Positions 55,292-64,000 of a DNA stretch of 64,000 nucleotides are shown here, piece by piece. This stretch comes from a virus (taxonomy: Duplodnaviria; Caudoviricetes): IMG/VR virus record IMGVR_UViG_3300020577_008743, positions 33,491-97,490 of that record; one strand, written 5' to 3'. The translations under genes and the position numbers were made by a program. Below the pieces are notes generated by a model. It was not told the DNA's origin. It made no database searches and saw only the letters and a list, made by a program, of their open reading frames with translations. Each line of letters starts with the position of its first letter. Within the stretch, counting starts at the first letter, position 1.

Positions 55292-56746
55292 ATGTTTGCG
55301 TACAAATCAACCTTCATCCCCAGAAACTTCGTAGTGATCGGAGCTGGTGGAACGGGATCCAGACTGATCCCAATGCTGGCTCAATTCATCAAAACTCTGG
55401 GCTGGGTTATCAATCCCCAGATCATCATCTTCGATCCGGACGTGGTTGAAGTAAAAAACCTGGTCAGACAGAACTTCATCCCCCGTGACGTCGGCAAGAA
55501 CAAGGCACAAGTCCTGGCCGAGAGATACTCCAAGCACTACGAGATGAATATCTACGCAGTTGCTGGAGCAGTAGGACCGACTAACGCCGTAACCAAAGAA
55601 ATGACTGCGGCCGGCATTCCTAATATCAGCAGCATTTCCGGCATTGCGGACGCTGTCTTTTTCCTCTGTGTGGATTCGGTAAAAGCCAGATTGGATATCT
55701 TGACCAATATCTACTCTGTCCCAAGAAGATGTCTGGTTCTCGATGCAGGCAACGAAGATGACTTCGGACAGATCACCGTTCACACTTCTCCTGCTTCCGC
55801 GTATGGGGCTCAAAGTCTTCTGGATGGTTTGAAGGAATTGCCGTTGCCTGGTAATCTGGTGCCAGTGGATGCACAGGTGACGGAAATCCCCATGGACATG
55901 GAGGACTACTTGACCTTAGAACCAGGAACAGCCAGTGGGGGCTGTGCAGACCTGGACCAGACTCTTGCTGTCAACGCCCAGATGGCAGTGAATATGTTGT
56001 CAATCTTTCAGAACTTCGTCTACAACAAACCGATTTTCTATCGTCGACTCAACGTATCCTTGCTGGAAGGTGCTCAGCCACAGTACATCACTCTCCCCTG
56101 GATACTGTCAGTTCACGACTCTACCCGCTGGGAGAAATCTCTGGATAAGACCTCTCCCTTCTTCAAGGAACGATCAAGTCTACGGAGCGTGTGCCTGAAC
56201 GCAGTTACCAGCCATCACATGGCAGAGACTTTGGCTAAGACTCTGGCTCCACAGATGATCGATATTCGCGAAGCTGCAGGATTGGAGATTCCCAAGTACT
56301 TTCAAACGGGTACGGCGTATTGGTCAGCTGCCAAGAAGAAGGAGCATGTTCGAAAGAAGCTGAGAGAGATTGCCCCTGACTTGAAGGAAGACGAGTTTCT
56401 AGCCGGCCTGACTGAGAACGACATTCGGTTCGTTATTGAATCTCGGGATGCCGCTTCCCGCATCAAAGCCAAATTCGAAGAGGTCAAGACGAGATTGGAC
56501 TTGGCAGCGGAGAATACAGCATTAGAAGCTCGTATTTCAGCGCAGCAAGCCCAGATAATGGCTGAGGCGACTCAACGGGCTGTGAGAGCAGCGGAACAAG
56601 ACGCGGGGACACAAGCTGAAGTGATAGAGGAAATAGCTCGTGCTAACGAAGAATTCGACACCAGAAACTTCACCCCCATGGGAGCTGCTAGACCAAGACG
56701 ACCCAGAGCTGCCGCAGTTACCAATGTAACAATCCGTACCATCTAA
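55292..56746 (+). CDS. ThiF/E1-like adenylyltransferase with C-terminal helical extension
   Basis: VIGAGGTG, DPDVVE.KNLVRQNF, G.NKA, CVDSVKAR, DAGNE, GCAD. Confidence 0.92.
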   Translation: MFAYKSTFIPRNFVVIGAGGTGSRLIPMLAQFIKTLGWVINPQIIIFDPDVVEVKNLVRQNFIPRDVGKNKAQVLAERYSKHYEMNIYAVAGAVGPTNAVTKEMTAAGIPNISSISGIADAVFFLCVDSVKARLDILTNIYSVPRRCLVLDAGNEDDFGQITVHTSPASAYGAQSLLDGLKELPLPGNLVPVDAQVTEIPMDMEDYLTLEPGTASGGCADLDQTLAVNAQMAVNMLSIFQNFVYNKPIFYRRLNVSLLEGAQPQYITLPWILSVHDSTRWEKSLDKTSPFFKERSSLRSVCLNAVTSHHMAETLAKTLAPQMIDIREAAGLEIPKYFQTGTAYWSAAKKKEHVRKKLREIAPDLKEDEFLAGLTENDIRFVIESRDAASRIKAKFEEVKTRLDLAAENTALEARISAQQAQIMAEATQRAVRAAEQDAGTQAEVIEEIARANEEFDTRNFTPMGAARPRRPRAAAVTNVTIRTI

Positions 56747-56752
56747 CGGTGC

Positions 56753-56785
56753 AAAAAGAAAGCCGGAAAACATCCCGGCTTTTTT
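56753..56785. terminator. bidirectional terminator
   Basis: A-run, AGCCGG/CCGGCT hairpin, T-run between convergent genes. Confidence 0.8.
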
Positions 56786-56788
56786 AGC

Positions 56789-57211
56789 TTATGAAGTCCT
56801 CTGTCGTGTTGCAGAGGTTAGTGTATCCGTAACAGCAAAGGTGCTGAAGGTGGAACCGTCTTGCCTAGTTAGAGTGAGAACTCCAGTTACTTTGTCCCAG
56901 GTCCAGGAGCCGATAGCCTCATCTTCAAGATTCTTAAGAAAGGTGTATAAGGATTTGGTAACGACGTTTACAACCGCTGCTATAGTCTGTTCAATGAATA
57001 AAGAATACACTCCAGTTACGCCTGGAGTGAAGGTAAGAACGTAAAGGCCATTACCTATTTCGGCAGTGGTGTAAGAAATAGAAGTTAAAACTCCGTCAAT
57101 AAGAAATTTGACGTTGTTAAATGAGCCCATTCCAGTAGCAAGATTAACGCTTGTAAAAGGGATCTTGACTACGGTGTTGACTTGAAAATCTGGTAGAGTT
57201 ACTGAGGCCAT
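56789..57211 (-). CDS. putative virion protein
   Basis: EIGNGLY..TFTP...G.Y Ig-like pattern. Confidence 0.55.
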   Translation of the reverse strand: MASVTLPDFQVNTVVKIPFTSVNLATGMGSFNNVKFLIDGVLTSISYTTAEIGNGLYVLTFTPGVTGVYSLFIEQTIAAVVNVVTKSLYTFLKNLEDEAIGSWTWDKVTGVLTLTRQDGSTFSTFAVTDTLTSATRQRTS

Positions 57212-57726
57212 TTATTCATCACCTTGAGGTACAGCGATAGGGCATGAGTCTTATCCAGAGTGTCCTTATCAGTTTGGCCCGGAGTTAGTTGATCTGTGGA
57301 AATACCCATCATGTTGAAAGGGGGTACGGCTACTGAATATCCTTCCTGGACCAATATATGCTTTACTACTTCTTTAATCTCTTCACTGAATGTGTGCTTT
57401 TCATTGGGAAAAAGAGAAGATACGGTAGCCACTGCAAAGGCTATTTCCAGGGAAGTGGGGATAGGTACAGTTTCAAAATCAGTGACGGCGTTGTTTAGAA
57501 CGTGAGCCGAATGTAAAAAGAACATCATGTTCTCGTAGAACAACTCCGGGTCCAGTTCCATGATCTGAAGTACGTGTATCTTGTCCCTCAACAGCTCTGA
57601 GAACTCTTGTCCTGCTTCCAGAGTCATGGTTTCCATTTCCAGGGCTGGCCACACTGTTGGACCAAATTGATTATCCAGAGCGTTCTTGAGAACGGTTGGA
57701 GGTGCTTTAACTAAGGATTCAAACAT
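57199..57726 (-). CDS. hypothetical (putative head-associated) protein
   Basis: Coupled ORF. Confidence 0.6.
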   Translation of the reverse strand: MFESLVKAPPTVLKNALDNQFGPTVWPALEMETMTLEAGQEFSELLRDKIHVLQIMELDPELFYENMMFFLHSAHVLNNAVTDFETVPIPTSLEIAFAVATVSSLFPNEKHTFSEEIKEVVKHILVQEGYSVAVPPFNMMGISTDQLTPGQTDKDTLDKTHALSLYLKVMNKWPQ

Positions 57727-57735
57727 GTTGAAAGC

Positions 57736-58626
57736 TTAGCACTTTCCTACGAAATTTGCAAGTGTTCGTTGAGAATCCATAGGTAGGGACTCAAGTACTT
57801 GTTTGTTGTAAGCAGGATCAGATGTCATTTCTTTGGCTACATCAGAGCCAAGAACGGACGCAATTCTTTCCATGCCAAATTTGTGAATGGACTCATACGG
57901 AACTTGCTTACCGGCCAGTTTTACTAACAGAATGGAACGAATGGCGGCTTCTTTGAACAACTGTGTTTCCTTGTAGAAGTTAAAGCCTTTCATGGACAAG
58001 CCTGCTTTTTTATCCAAAGCAGTTACGAACCGGGAGACATCAACTACGTCTTTCTCGGTAAATCCATCAGACATGCTTCGGTCAACAATCTCCGCAACCT
58101 TTTCAAACATCTGGTTACCTGTTGCTCTGGCCCGAGCTTCAAGACTTGCTACCGCAGCGGCCTTATGGAAATAACCCTTACAAGCATATGTCTTTGCTAC
58201 TGAAGATTGAGCAGCGGCTTCAGGGTAGAGTTCAAAAGCTTCTTGGGCTTGCTCCGCCAGCTTTTCCAGGTCAGCACTACCAGTAGCGGAGCCTTCCAGG
58301 TTGGCCATATAGACATCCTTGGGAAGAGTCATAGCTTTGGCCAGGCCTGCTTGTTTTTGCAGGACGAGAGCACTGTCCAGTTCAGCAGTCAGAGAGTCTA
58401 CAGTGTCTTTAACACCATAAAGACTGGCTGCCTTTTTGACAAGCTCGACCTTTTCAGGATTGACTATCTTCTTGGCGACTTTGATGAGGTATTCGCATCT
58501 CAAAGAAGAAGCCACTGCTCCATCCTTGTTGTCTAGAGGAAAATCCTCTTCAAAGTTAGCCTCTTTAATATGTTCCCCCAGGGAGGGAACTAGAGTAAGC
58601 ATATCTTTAAGGTTATGAGCTAGCAT
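57736..58626 (-). CDS. putative head/internal protein rich in K-x-A motifs
   Basis: KEA, KVA, KKA, KQA, EKLA, KAA, EKVA, VKLA repeats. Confidence 0.6.
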   Translation of the reverse strand: MLAHNLKDMLTLVPSLGEHIKEANFEEDFPLDNKDGAVASSLRCEYLIKVAKKIVNPEKVELVKKAASLYGVKDTVDSLTAELDSALVLQKQAGLAKAMTLPKDVYMANLEGSATGSADLEKLAEQAQEAFELYPEAAAQSSVAKTYACKGYFHKAAAVASLEARARATGNQMFEKVAEIVDRSMSDGFTEKDVVDVSRFVTALDKKAGLSMKGFNFYKETQLFKEAAIRSILLVKLAGKQVPYESIHKFGMERIASVLGSDVAKEMTSDPAYNKQVLESLPMDSQRTLANFVGKC

Positions 58627-58628
58627 GA

Positions 58629-59150
58629 TTATTCGTTTTTGTAAAGGTTGTGAACATTGTGGGTAATGTGTTGCAGAATAGGGGAAACGTTACCCATATA
58701 CAACATGGCAGGCTTTGCAGCTGCCATTTCTTTAGGCTTTCTTGCCTGAGTTGAAATGGCCTTTACGGCATTTGATTTATCGTCAGCTAATGAGGATAAA
58801 TACCTGTTCATACTTTCGTAATGACCCTGCTGTTGGTTGGACTGTAACTTGCCAATAGTAGCCCCAAGCAAAGCTCCCCCACCTACATTCCAGACTTTAG
58901 TTACTATGTGTGGGTTACCGCCTAATACCGTTGCGATAGCTCCAAGCCCGGCTCCTACTGCGGCTTTGCCTAGTATGGTTTTAATTGGGGAGGGGGCCTT
59001 CATACCTGACTGGATTTCCGATGCATACGTACGCAGAGCGTCGACTTGTTGGTCCAGAGTCAGAGATTTAAATACGGCGTCGCCAATAATCTCTTCCAGA
59101 GAAATACCCTTTTCTCTGTAAAATTCTATTAAAGTCTGTACTGGGTTCAT
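58629..59150 (-). CDS. glycine-zipper putative virion protein
   Basis: GAGLGA...GGALLGATIG. Confidence 0.55.
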   Translation of the reverse strand: MNPVQTLIEFYREKGISLEEIIGDAVFKSLTLDQQVDALRTYASEIQSGMKAPSPIKTILGKAAVGAGLGAIATVLGGNPHIVTKVWNVGGGALLGATIGKLQSNQQQGHYESMNRYLSSLADDKSNAVKAISTQARKPKEMAAAKPAMLYMGNVSPILQHITHNVHNLYKNE

Positions 59151-60028
59151 AAAGGAATTGTATCGAGGTTTCCGTCCGCATCTCCATTGAAGACAGGCAT
59201 TCTTAACCTAGATGCTTGGGGCGTCATTGCCCTGACTTGAACTAGCTTATCGAGCCAATTGTGCGGATTGTCGTATATGTCTTTTCTCTGTGCCTTGCTA
59301 AACCCAGTACCAACTGCTCCCACTTCCCGGCCTGTGGCGTCTGTGAGCATCAAAGCTCCTGCCGAGGATTTTGGAAAGCCATGTTTGTCCACTTCCTGCT
59401 GAATACCTGAAACCCTAAGATTGTATGTTTGATAGTGCTTTAACTTGATTCTCGGGTTTTCATGTTCGGGGGTGTGCAGGTCTGTGATTATGACACCTTC
59501 CCTTTTTTCGGACTTAGTCTTAGTGATCAATTCACCAATACCGTCTTTGTCTATTTTAACGTCTGGGGCAAATAGTAAGTCTGGTAGAGCTACTTCCTTC
59601 TCCAGATTGCGCAGATATTCTAGTTTTCCATTGTAAGTTTCTATACGAGGATGACGGACATCCAAAAGCACAGCCCTTACCGGGCCCGTGATGGATTGAG
59701 TCTCTATTGCCCTGGGGGCCAAAGAGTTTAGTATACCAGAAACAGCCGAGTGGGACTCCGGTTTGTTTTTATCCCAACCGGTATGTATCAGTTCGGTTGA
59801 GACAACGTGTCCGGCTTTTTCTGGAATAAGGATATTATGAAATTGTGGTAGTTTTTCTGTTCGGTCGGGGTAGTGGCCTTTTACCGATTGCCTGCGTGAA
59901 ATAAAGGCGGGCTTTCCCTGTTCATTAAAGACCATGAAGAAATGACCGCCATCATATTTTATAGAGGCGGCCGGAGCTTTCAAATGGTCATAGCCATCTG
60001 TTTCTATGTATTTATGCCGTTCGTACAT
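59147..60028 (-). CDS. minimal ATP-dependent DNA ligase
   Basis: IKYDG motif I, SR, EGVII, KLK, OB domain VGTGFS...LR.PVF. Confidence 0.9.
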   Translation of the reverse strand: MYERHKYIETDGYDHLKAPAASIKYDGGHFFMVFNEQGKPAFISRRQSVKGHYPDRTEKLPQFHNILIPEKAGHVVSTELIHTGWDKNKPESHSAVSGILNSLAPRAIETQSITGPVRAVLLDVRHPRIETYNGKLEYLRNLEKEVALPDLLFAPDVKIDKDGIGELITKTKSEKREGVIITDLHTPEHENPRIKLKHYQTYNLRVSGIQQEVDKHGFPKSSAGALMLTDATGREVGAVGTGFSKAQRKDIYDNPHNWLDKLVQVRAMTPQASRLRMPVFNGDADGNLDTIPL

Positions 60029-61860
60029 CAGCCTTCCAGAGTAGTTTTTTCAGCGAGATCTTTGATCTGGTCAGAGACCTTGAGCTTCTCTTTGGAGTAG
60101 TGATTCAAGTACTCATCTATGGACTTGGATTTGATACCCAGAATCTTATCAGACAACTGAGGTTTGATAGTGCTTAAGTATCTCTCAACCTCTACTTTAC
60201 GCTCTTCTGGAGGTAAATGCAAGTGACTTTTGTATCTCACACCACGACCGATAACCTGACGAATTTTCTCGTCGTTGAAGTGCGGTTCTAAGACTTGTAC
60301 GAGCTTGGTGCCTTTAAGATCCAAGCCTTCTGTACCTGAACTGCTAACCAGCAGTACTTTAGTCTTACCTTTGTTGTAGTCCTCAACTAACTTGGCCTTC
60401 TCTTTGGCTGTCAGTTGCCCGGTAAACACGGAATGGTTGATTCCAGCCGTTTGTAGGGCTTTGGAATATGGGTTAATACCAGAGGCTAGGTAGTTGCTAT
60501 AAACCACGCCACGGAAGTTCTTGTCCTGATTATGACGACGTAGAAGATTGCTGACAGCCGTGTCTATCTTAGGACTACTACCACCATCAAAATCCTTAGT
60601 GAAGGGATGATGAGAATTGGAGATCTGCCTAAGGGCGCTGGCAAAGGAATTGAGACGGGCAGCTTCTGTCTTATTAGGGGCAATACCCATACGAATCTTC
60701 CAGCGGATTGGGGCAGGAAGATTGCCTTCATAATACTGGTACATACGTTGCTGTTCATCCGACATAGGAACAGTAACTTCCTGTTCCGTCATCTTGGGAA
60801 ACATAGGATTGGTCTGTTCAGACTTGGAGTTCCTAGCGTCGTAGAAATCAACGTATTGTTTCAGGGCTTTGTTAAGGACTTTGTTGTCTTTACGAAGCTC
60901 CATGTGTTCCCCTGGACGAACACCAAAGAAGACTCTTTTGATGAATCCTGGGTTATCCCGTACTTTCTTTACAAAGGCTTCCTGGAATTCCTTTTCATCG
61001 GTAGGTAGTATCTTTCTACCTGCAGCAAGATTCACCAGAGTGCCAATGTCCTTTGGCTTGTTGTACATCGGTGAGCCAGAGAGGAGCAAAACTCTATCTG
61101 CCTTGTTAACAATGGGTGCTAGTTTTCTAAATCCTGCACTATCCTCGTTACGAAGACGATGAGCCTCGTCCAGAACCAACAGAGAGTTCTTGTCTTCTTT
61201 CAGCTTGTCTAACTGATTGACAGCCTTTTGATAACTAAGGATTTTGACCCTCTTTGAGTCTAGTTTAATACCGTGCTTTTTGGCGTCCTTCTCTACGTTC
61301 TTTGTAAGAGAGGCGGGGGTTATGAAAGTAACAGTCTTGTCCGGGTTATCCTTCAAGGCTTTTTGAGCGGCCTTTAAAGACGTAAGAGTCTTGCCAGAAC
61401 CTAGGCTGTGAAAAGCTATAAGTCTTGGGTGATCTTTGTCGAGTTTATTTACAACTCGTTCTTGTTGTTCTTGAGGGTTCTCAGTGCGGGCGTAGGCCAA
61501 TTTCACAAAAGCTCTCTTGAGCAAGGTTTCTCTACTCAGCTCAACAGTGCTCTTAACCGGGCTGTCCGGGCTATAAGTAGACCTAGTGTCCTTCCTGGGC
61601 ATTTTGCCACGTTTTACCCCAGCTCCAGTGACCGGCGGAGCAGGGGGAAGAATCTTCAATTCACCGGGGGTATCCATGGCCGCCTTTACCATGCTTAAAT
61701 TCTGGCCCAGCTTTCTCTTACCGGCATGGAATCTAACCCCGGTAAACTCGTAGCCATCCTCCGTTGGTTTTCCTCCCTTAGTAACCCAGACGTGCTTAGC
61801 CCCGGGTTTCTTGTAGAGCTCCATGGTTACAGCTATTTTCTCAAGGTACTTATTTGGCAC
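60028..61860 (-). CDS. SNF2-family helicase with NKYLEKIA leader
   Basis: HSLGSGKT, LDEAH, LSGSP, EGLDLK, QVIGRGVR; GTG start 61860. Confidence 0.9.
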   Translation of the reverse strand: MPNKYLEKIAVTMELYKKPGAKHVWVTKGGKPTEDGYEFTGVRFHAGKRKLGQNLSMVKAAMDTPGELKILPPAPPVTGAGVKRGKMPRKDTRSTYSPDSPVKSTVELSRETLLKRAFVKLAYARTENPQEQQERVVNKLDKDHPRLIAFHSLGSGKTLTSLKAAQKALKDNPDKTVTFITPASLTKNVEKDAKKHGIKLDSKRVKILSYQKAVNQLDKLKEDKNSLLVLDEAHRLRNEDSAGFRKLAPIVNKADRVLLLSGSPMYNKPKDIGTLVNLAAGRKILPTDEKEFQEAFVKKVRDNPGFIKRVFFGVRPGEHMELRKDNKVLNKALKQYVDFYDARNSKSEQTNPMFPKMTEQEVTVPMSDEQQRMYQYYEGNLPAPIRWKIRMGIAPNKTEAARLNSFASALRQISNSHHPFTKDFDGGSSPKIDTAVSNLLRRHNQDKNFRGVVYSNYLASGINPYSKALQTAGINHSVFTGQLTAKEKAKLVEDYNKGKTKVLLVSSSGTEGLDLKGTKLVQVLEPHFNDEKIRQVIGRGVRYKSHLHLPPEERKVEVERYLSTIKPQLSDKILGIKSKSIDEYLNHYSKEKLKVSDQIKDLAEKTTLEG

Positions 61861-62197
61861 GTTTTGCCGACTCCACGTCTTTCTCTTTTTTACGACCAAT
61901 CAAGTACCCGCTGACTGCAGCAATGGCAGCCCCGGGAGCAGCCTTGGCAGCCCCCTCAATAAAGGATTCTGGTAACAGCCTGCGTGAATGAGCAGTATCT
62001 TTGTCTGCGATTGATTTACGTAGATCTGCCCGTTGAGCTCGATTTATAAGCTTCTCTTTAAGGGTTGGGTTACTTGTCAATGCAGCACGATACTTGTATC
62101 TATCAGCAGCCTTGGCGTACAAGCGGCCCCTGGCTCCGGTCATAGTTTTAATGGCTGAACCGATGCTGGCTATTTTTTCTAAGTACTTATTTGTCAT
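61850..62197 (-). CDS. basic putative internal virion protein
   Basis: MTNKYLEKIA leader. Confidence 0.65.
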   Translation of the reverse strand: MTNKYLEKIASIGSAIKTMTGARGRLYAKAADRYKYRAALTSNPTLKEKLINRAQRADLRKSIADKDTAHSRRLLPESFIEGAAKAAPGAAIAAVSGYLIGRKKEKDVESAKRAK

Positions 62198-63065
62198 GAT
62201 AAATTTTAAGTTTACCCTGCGTTGAAGTAGAGTTAACCGCTGTATTAGATTTCTTATTACCTTTATTAAGCAAGTACGCGGCCCCGGCTACAGTACCTAC
62301 TCTAGCTAAACTGGCAATAGCATGGGTACCGAAGGCTTTTTTCAAATAAGGAGAAACTTTGTTCGTTACATCAGCTCCTCTGGTTTTTGTAATATGATTC
62401 AGGGCTTTTCTACTTGCTGCATGCTCATCATAAAGATAAGGTAGCTCAGCCAACGCAGTGACCGGTACCGCATAGTTTTTAGTTTTTTCATTAGTAGCCA
62501 ATCCAAGTCCGGTTACAAAACCTGCCCTACCTCTACTTAAATACCCCGCCCTTCTAAGAACAGAGTTTTTATTATTTAAATGATGCCCCAATTCATGTAA
62601 CGTTCCCGCTGCGTTCGGTTTTCGAGTATTACCCGAAAAAAACCCTCTGCCCTGTATATAGGCTTTGCTTTTAGGTGTTGTAATAAAAGGGGCTCTGAAA
62701 TAAAAAGGGCCTGTATGAGGTTTACCCTTAACCGTTTCCGAAAATGCCTCAGACATAACTTGCTTAATAGTCCCTTTAGGATGACCTTCGCTTATATGCT
62801 TAGCAAATCTATGGGTAGAAAAAGTTACCTCTTTGCTTACGTTCTTATCTTTTATAAAGGATTTAACATCCTTCATATTTACATGGGTAGAAGCTTGGGT
62901 CTCAGCGCCCGCCAATCCTGAGATCATTTTAGGCTGATATAAAAGTCTGGCACTGGTAACACCGACATGTGCTCCCGCTGCGCCAGCCAGGGCGGATCCG
63001 ACTCTCCAATTACTCTTTTTCTTATCGTCGGCCTTAGCCAGTTTTTCCAGGTACTTATTTGTCAT
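62187..63065 (-). CDS. putative zinc metallopeptidase-like internal virion protein
   Basis: MTNKYLEKLA leader; LHELGH...DE..AS..AL...L..AFGT neutral Zn-peptidase pattern. Confidence 0.7.
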   Translation of the reverse strand: MTNKYLEKLAKADDKKKSNWRVGSALAGAAGAHVGVTSARLLYQPKMISGLAGAETQASTHVNMKDVKSFIKDKNVSKEVTFSTHRFAKHISEGHPKGTIKQVMSEAFSETVKGKPHTGPFYFRAPFITTPKSKAYIQGRGFFSGNTRKPNAAGTLHELGHHLNNKNSVLRRAGYLSRGRAGFVTGLGLATNEKTKNYAVPVTALAELPYLYDEHAASRKALNHITKTRGADVTNKVSPYLKKAFGTHAIASLARVGTVAGAAYLLNKGNKKSNTAVNSTSTQGKLKIYHDK

Positions 63066-63474
63066 GTTTGTCACGTGATTTCTGTAACCCAGTCAAATTA
63101 ACAAGTAACCAGGCTTTATCACTATAAGATGGCATTTTCTTTATGTAATACCGATCCCCGTTGTTCAAGGCTAGCTCAAAGTAATTATCATGTTCAAACT
63201 TGGCTGTGCCTTTTTGAGCATACTCCAGATGGGTAACCCCTGCTCCGTACTGTCCTTTTGGTATAACTACTTTCTTGGATAAGGCGTATTCTCTGTCATG
63301 AACTGGTTGTTCCCAAAGAATAATCTTACCTTTCGGAGGGGGGGTTTCTTTTTTAGTAGCCCAGGAATAGGCTTTATCTCCAACCACAATTCTATAGTCG
63401 ACGTGTTCCCCCGCACGGTCTGCCATGTGCCGTTGTTTAACTAGTATGATTGGAGTGGTGGGCTCATTCACCAT
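63055..63474 (-). CDS. stand-alone LigD-type 3'-phosphoesterase (PE domain)
   Basis: Q.H.A...H.D.R...SWA..K...H...Y...IPKGQYGAG. Confidence 0.85.
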   Translation of the reverse strand: MVNEPTTPIILVKQRHMADRAGEHVDYRIVVGDKAYSWATKKETPPPKGKIILWEQPVHDREYALSKKVVIPKGQYGAGVTHLEYAQKGTAKFEHDNYFELALNNGDRYYIKKMPSYSDKAWLLVNLTGLQKSRDKHDK

Positions 63475-63781
63475 ATAATTCCTGTTTGAAATCGTCTTCA
63501 GCCAGGCTGCAAAGAGTAATGGATTCTTGAGGTATCATACCTGCAGCGTAGGCTTGATGTAAGTAGTAGGTATCGTAATCTTCCAGGAGAATCAAAACAC
63601 ACTTATTGGTTTGAATCTTTCCTGATTTCAAGGCTTGAATAGTTTGTTCCAGTAGATCAATAACTGTTTCTTTACAAGGCTCATTATTTTCAATTGCTAT
63701 CTGTATTCGTTTCTCTTCCAGGTTAGGAACCTTAGTCGAACCGGGAATGTCTGACTTGCTCTCTTTGCTTGGTTTAGCCAT
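63464..63781 (-). CDS. hypothetical protein
   Basis: ATG 63781 with GGAG RBS, CTAAAAT motif at 63812-63818. Confidence 0.6.
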   Translation of the reverse strand: MAKPSKESKSDIPGSTKVPNLEEKRIQIAIENNEPCKETVIDLLEQTIQALKSGKIQTNKCVLILLEDYDTYYLHQAYAAGMIPQESITLCSLAEDDFKQELYGE

Positions 63782-64000
63782 TGCTTGCTCCAATAAATTA
63801 GCCTATTCAATATTTTAGACTTTACCTAATATCATATCCGTTCCCAACGGGAATTGCAACTAGGTGAGCTAAAAAGAGGCCTGGACAACCTTTTTGTCCC
63901 AAAAATATCTATATAAATCAAGTACTTAGCTTACTTTAAGAAATTTCTGGTCAGGTGGACTTCAGACTTTTGCCGCCTATTTTTTAGGCAGTTTAGAAGA

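Overview
A 64-kb segment of a large (jumbo-type) contractile-tailed dsDNA phage, probably infecting a Gram-negative host, since it encodes two-component spanins and a GH19 endolysin. There are four blocks. (1) 1-18.2 kb (+) is an accessory region dominated by RNA biology: Ro60/Rsr (TROVE-vWA), three tRNAs, an Rnl5/DRB0094-type RNA ligase, an HD hydrolase, a metallophosphoesterase and about 16 candidate structured ncRNAs. (2) 18.2-51.8 kb (-) holds lysis, tail-fibre, baseplate, sigma factor, tape-measure, tail chaperone (-1 frameshift), terminase and LAGLIDADG genes. (3) 52.0-56.7 kb (+) is a PRTRC-like ubiquitin module (Ubl, E2-D, JAB, ThiF/E1). (4) 56.8-63.8 kb (-) carries putative head/internal proteins, DNA ligase, SNF2 helicase and a LigD-type phosphoesterase. 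The top finding is eight Y-RNA-like genes upstream of Ro60. All share a covarying Ro-binding helix and a UUAUC loop motif like animal Y RNAs; four carry circularly permuted tRNA (YrlA-type) domains and four are minimal 60-70 nt forms. The same island has a second family of promoter-driven RNAs closed by a stem plus GUA/GAG motif, and a conserved-looking gene followed by a ~380-nt RNA with a permuted tRNA domain. All structures were folded by eye and protein calls come from motif recognition; no database searches were run.
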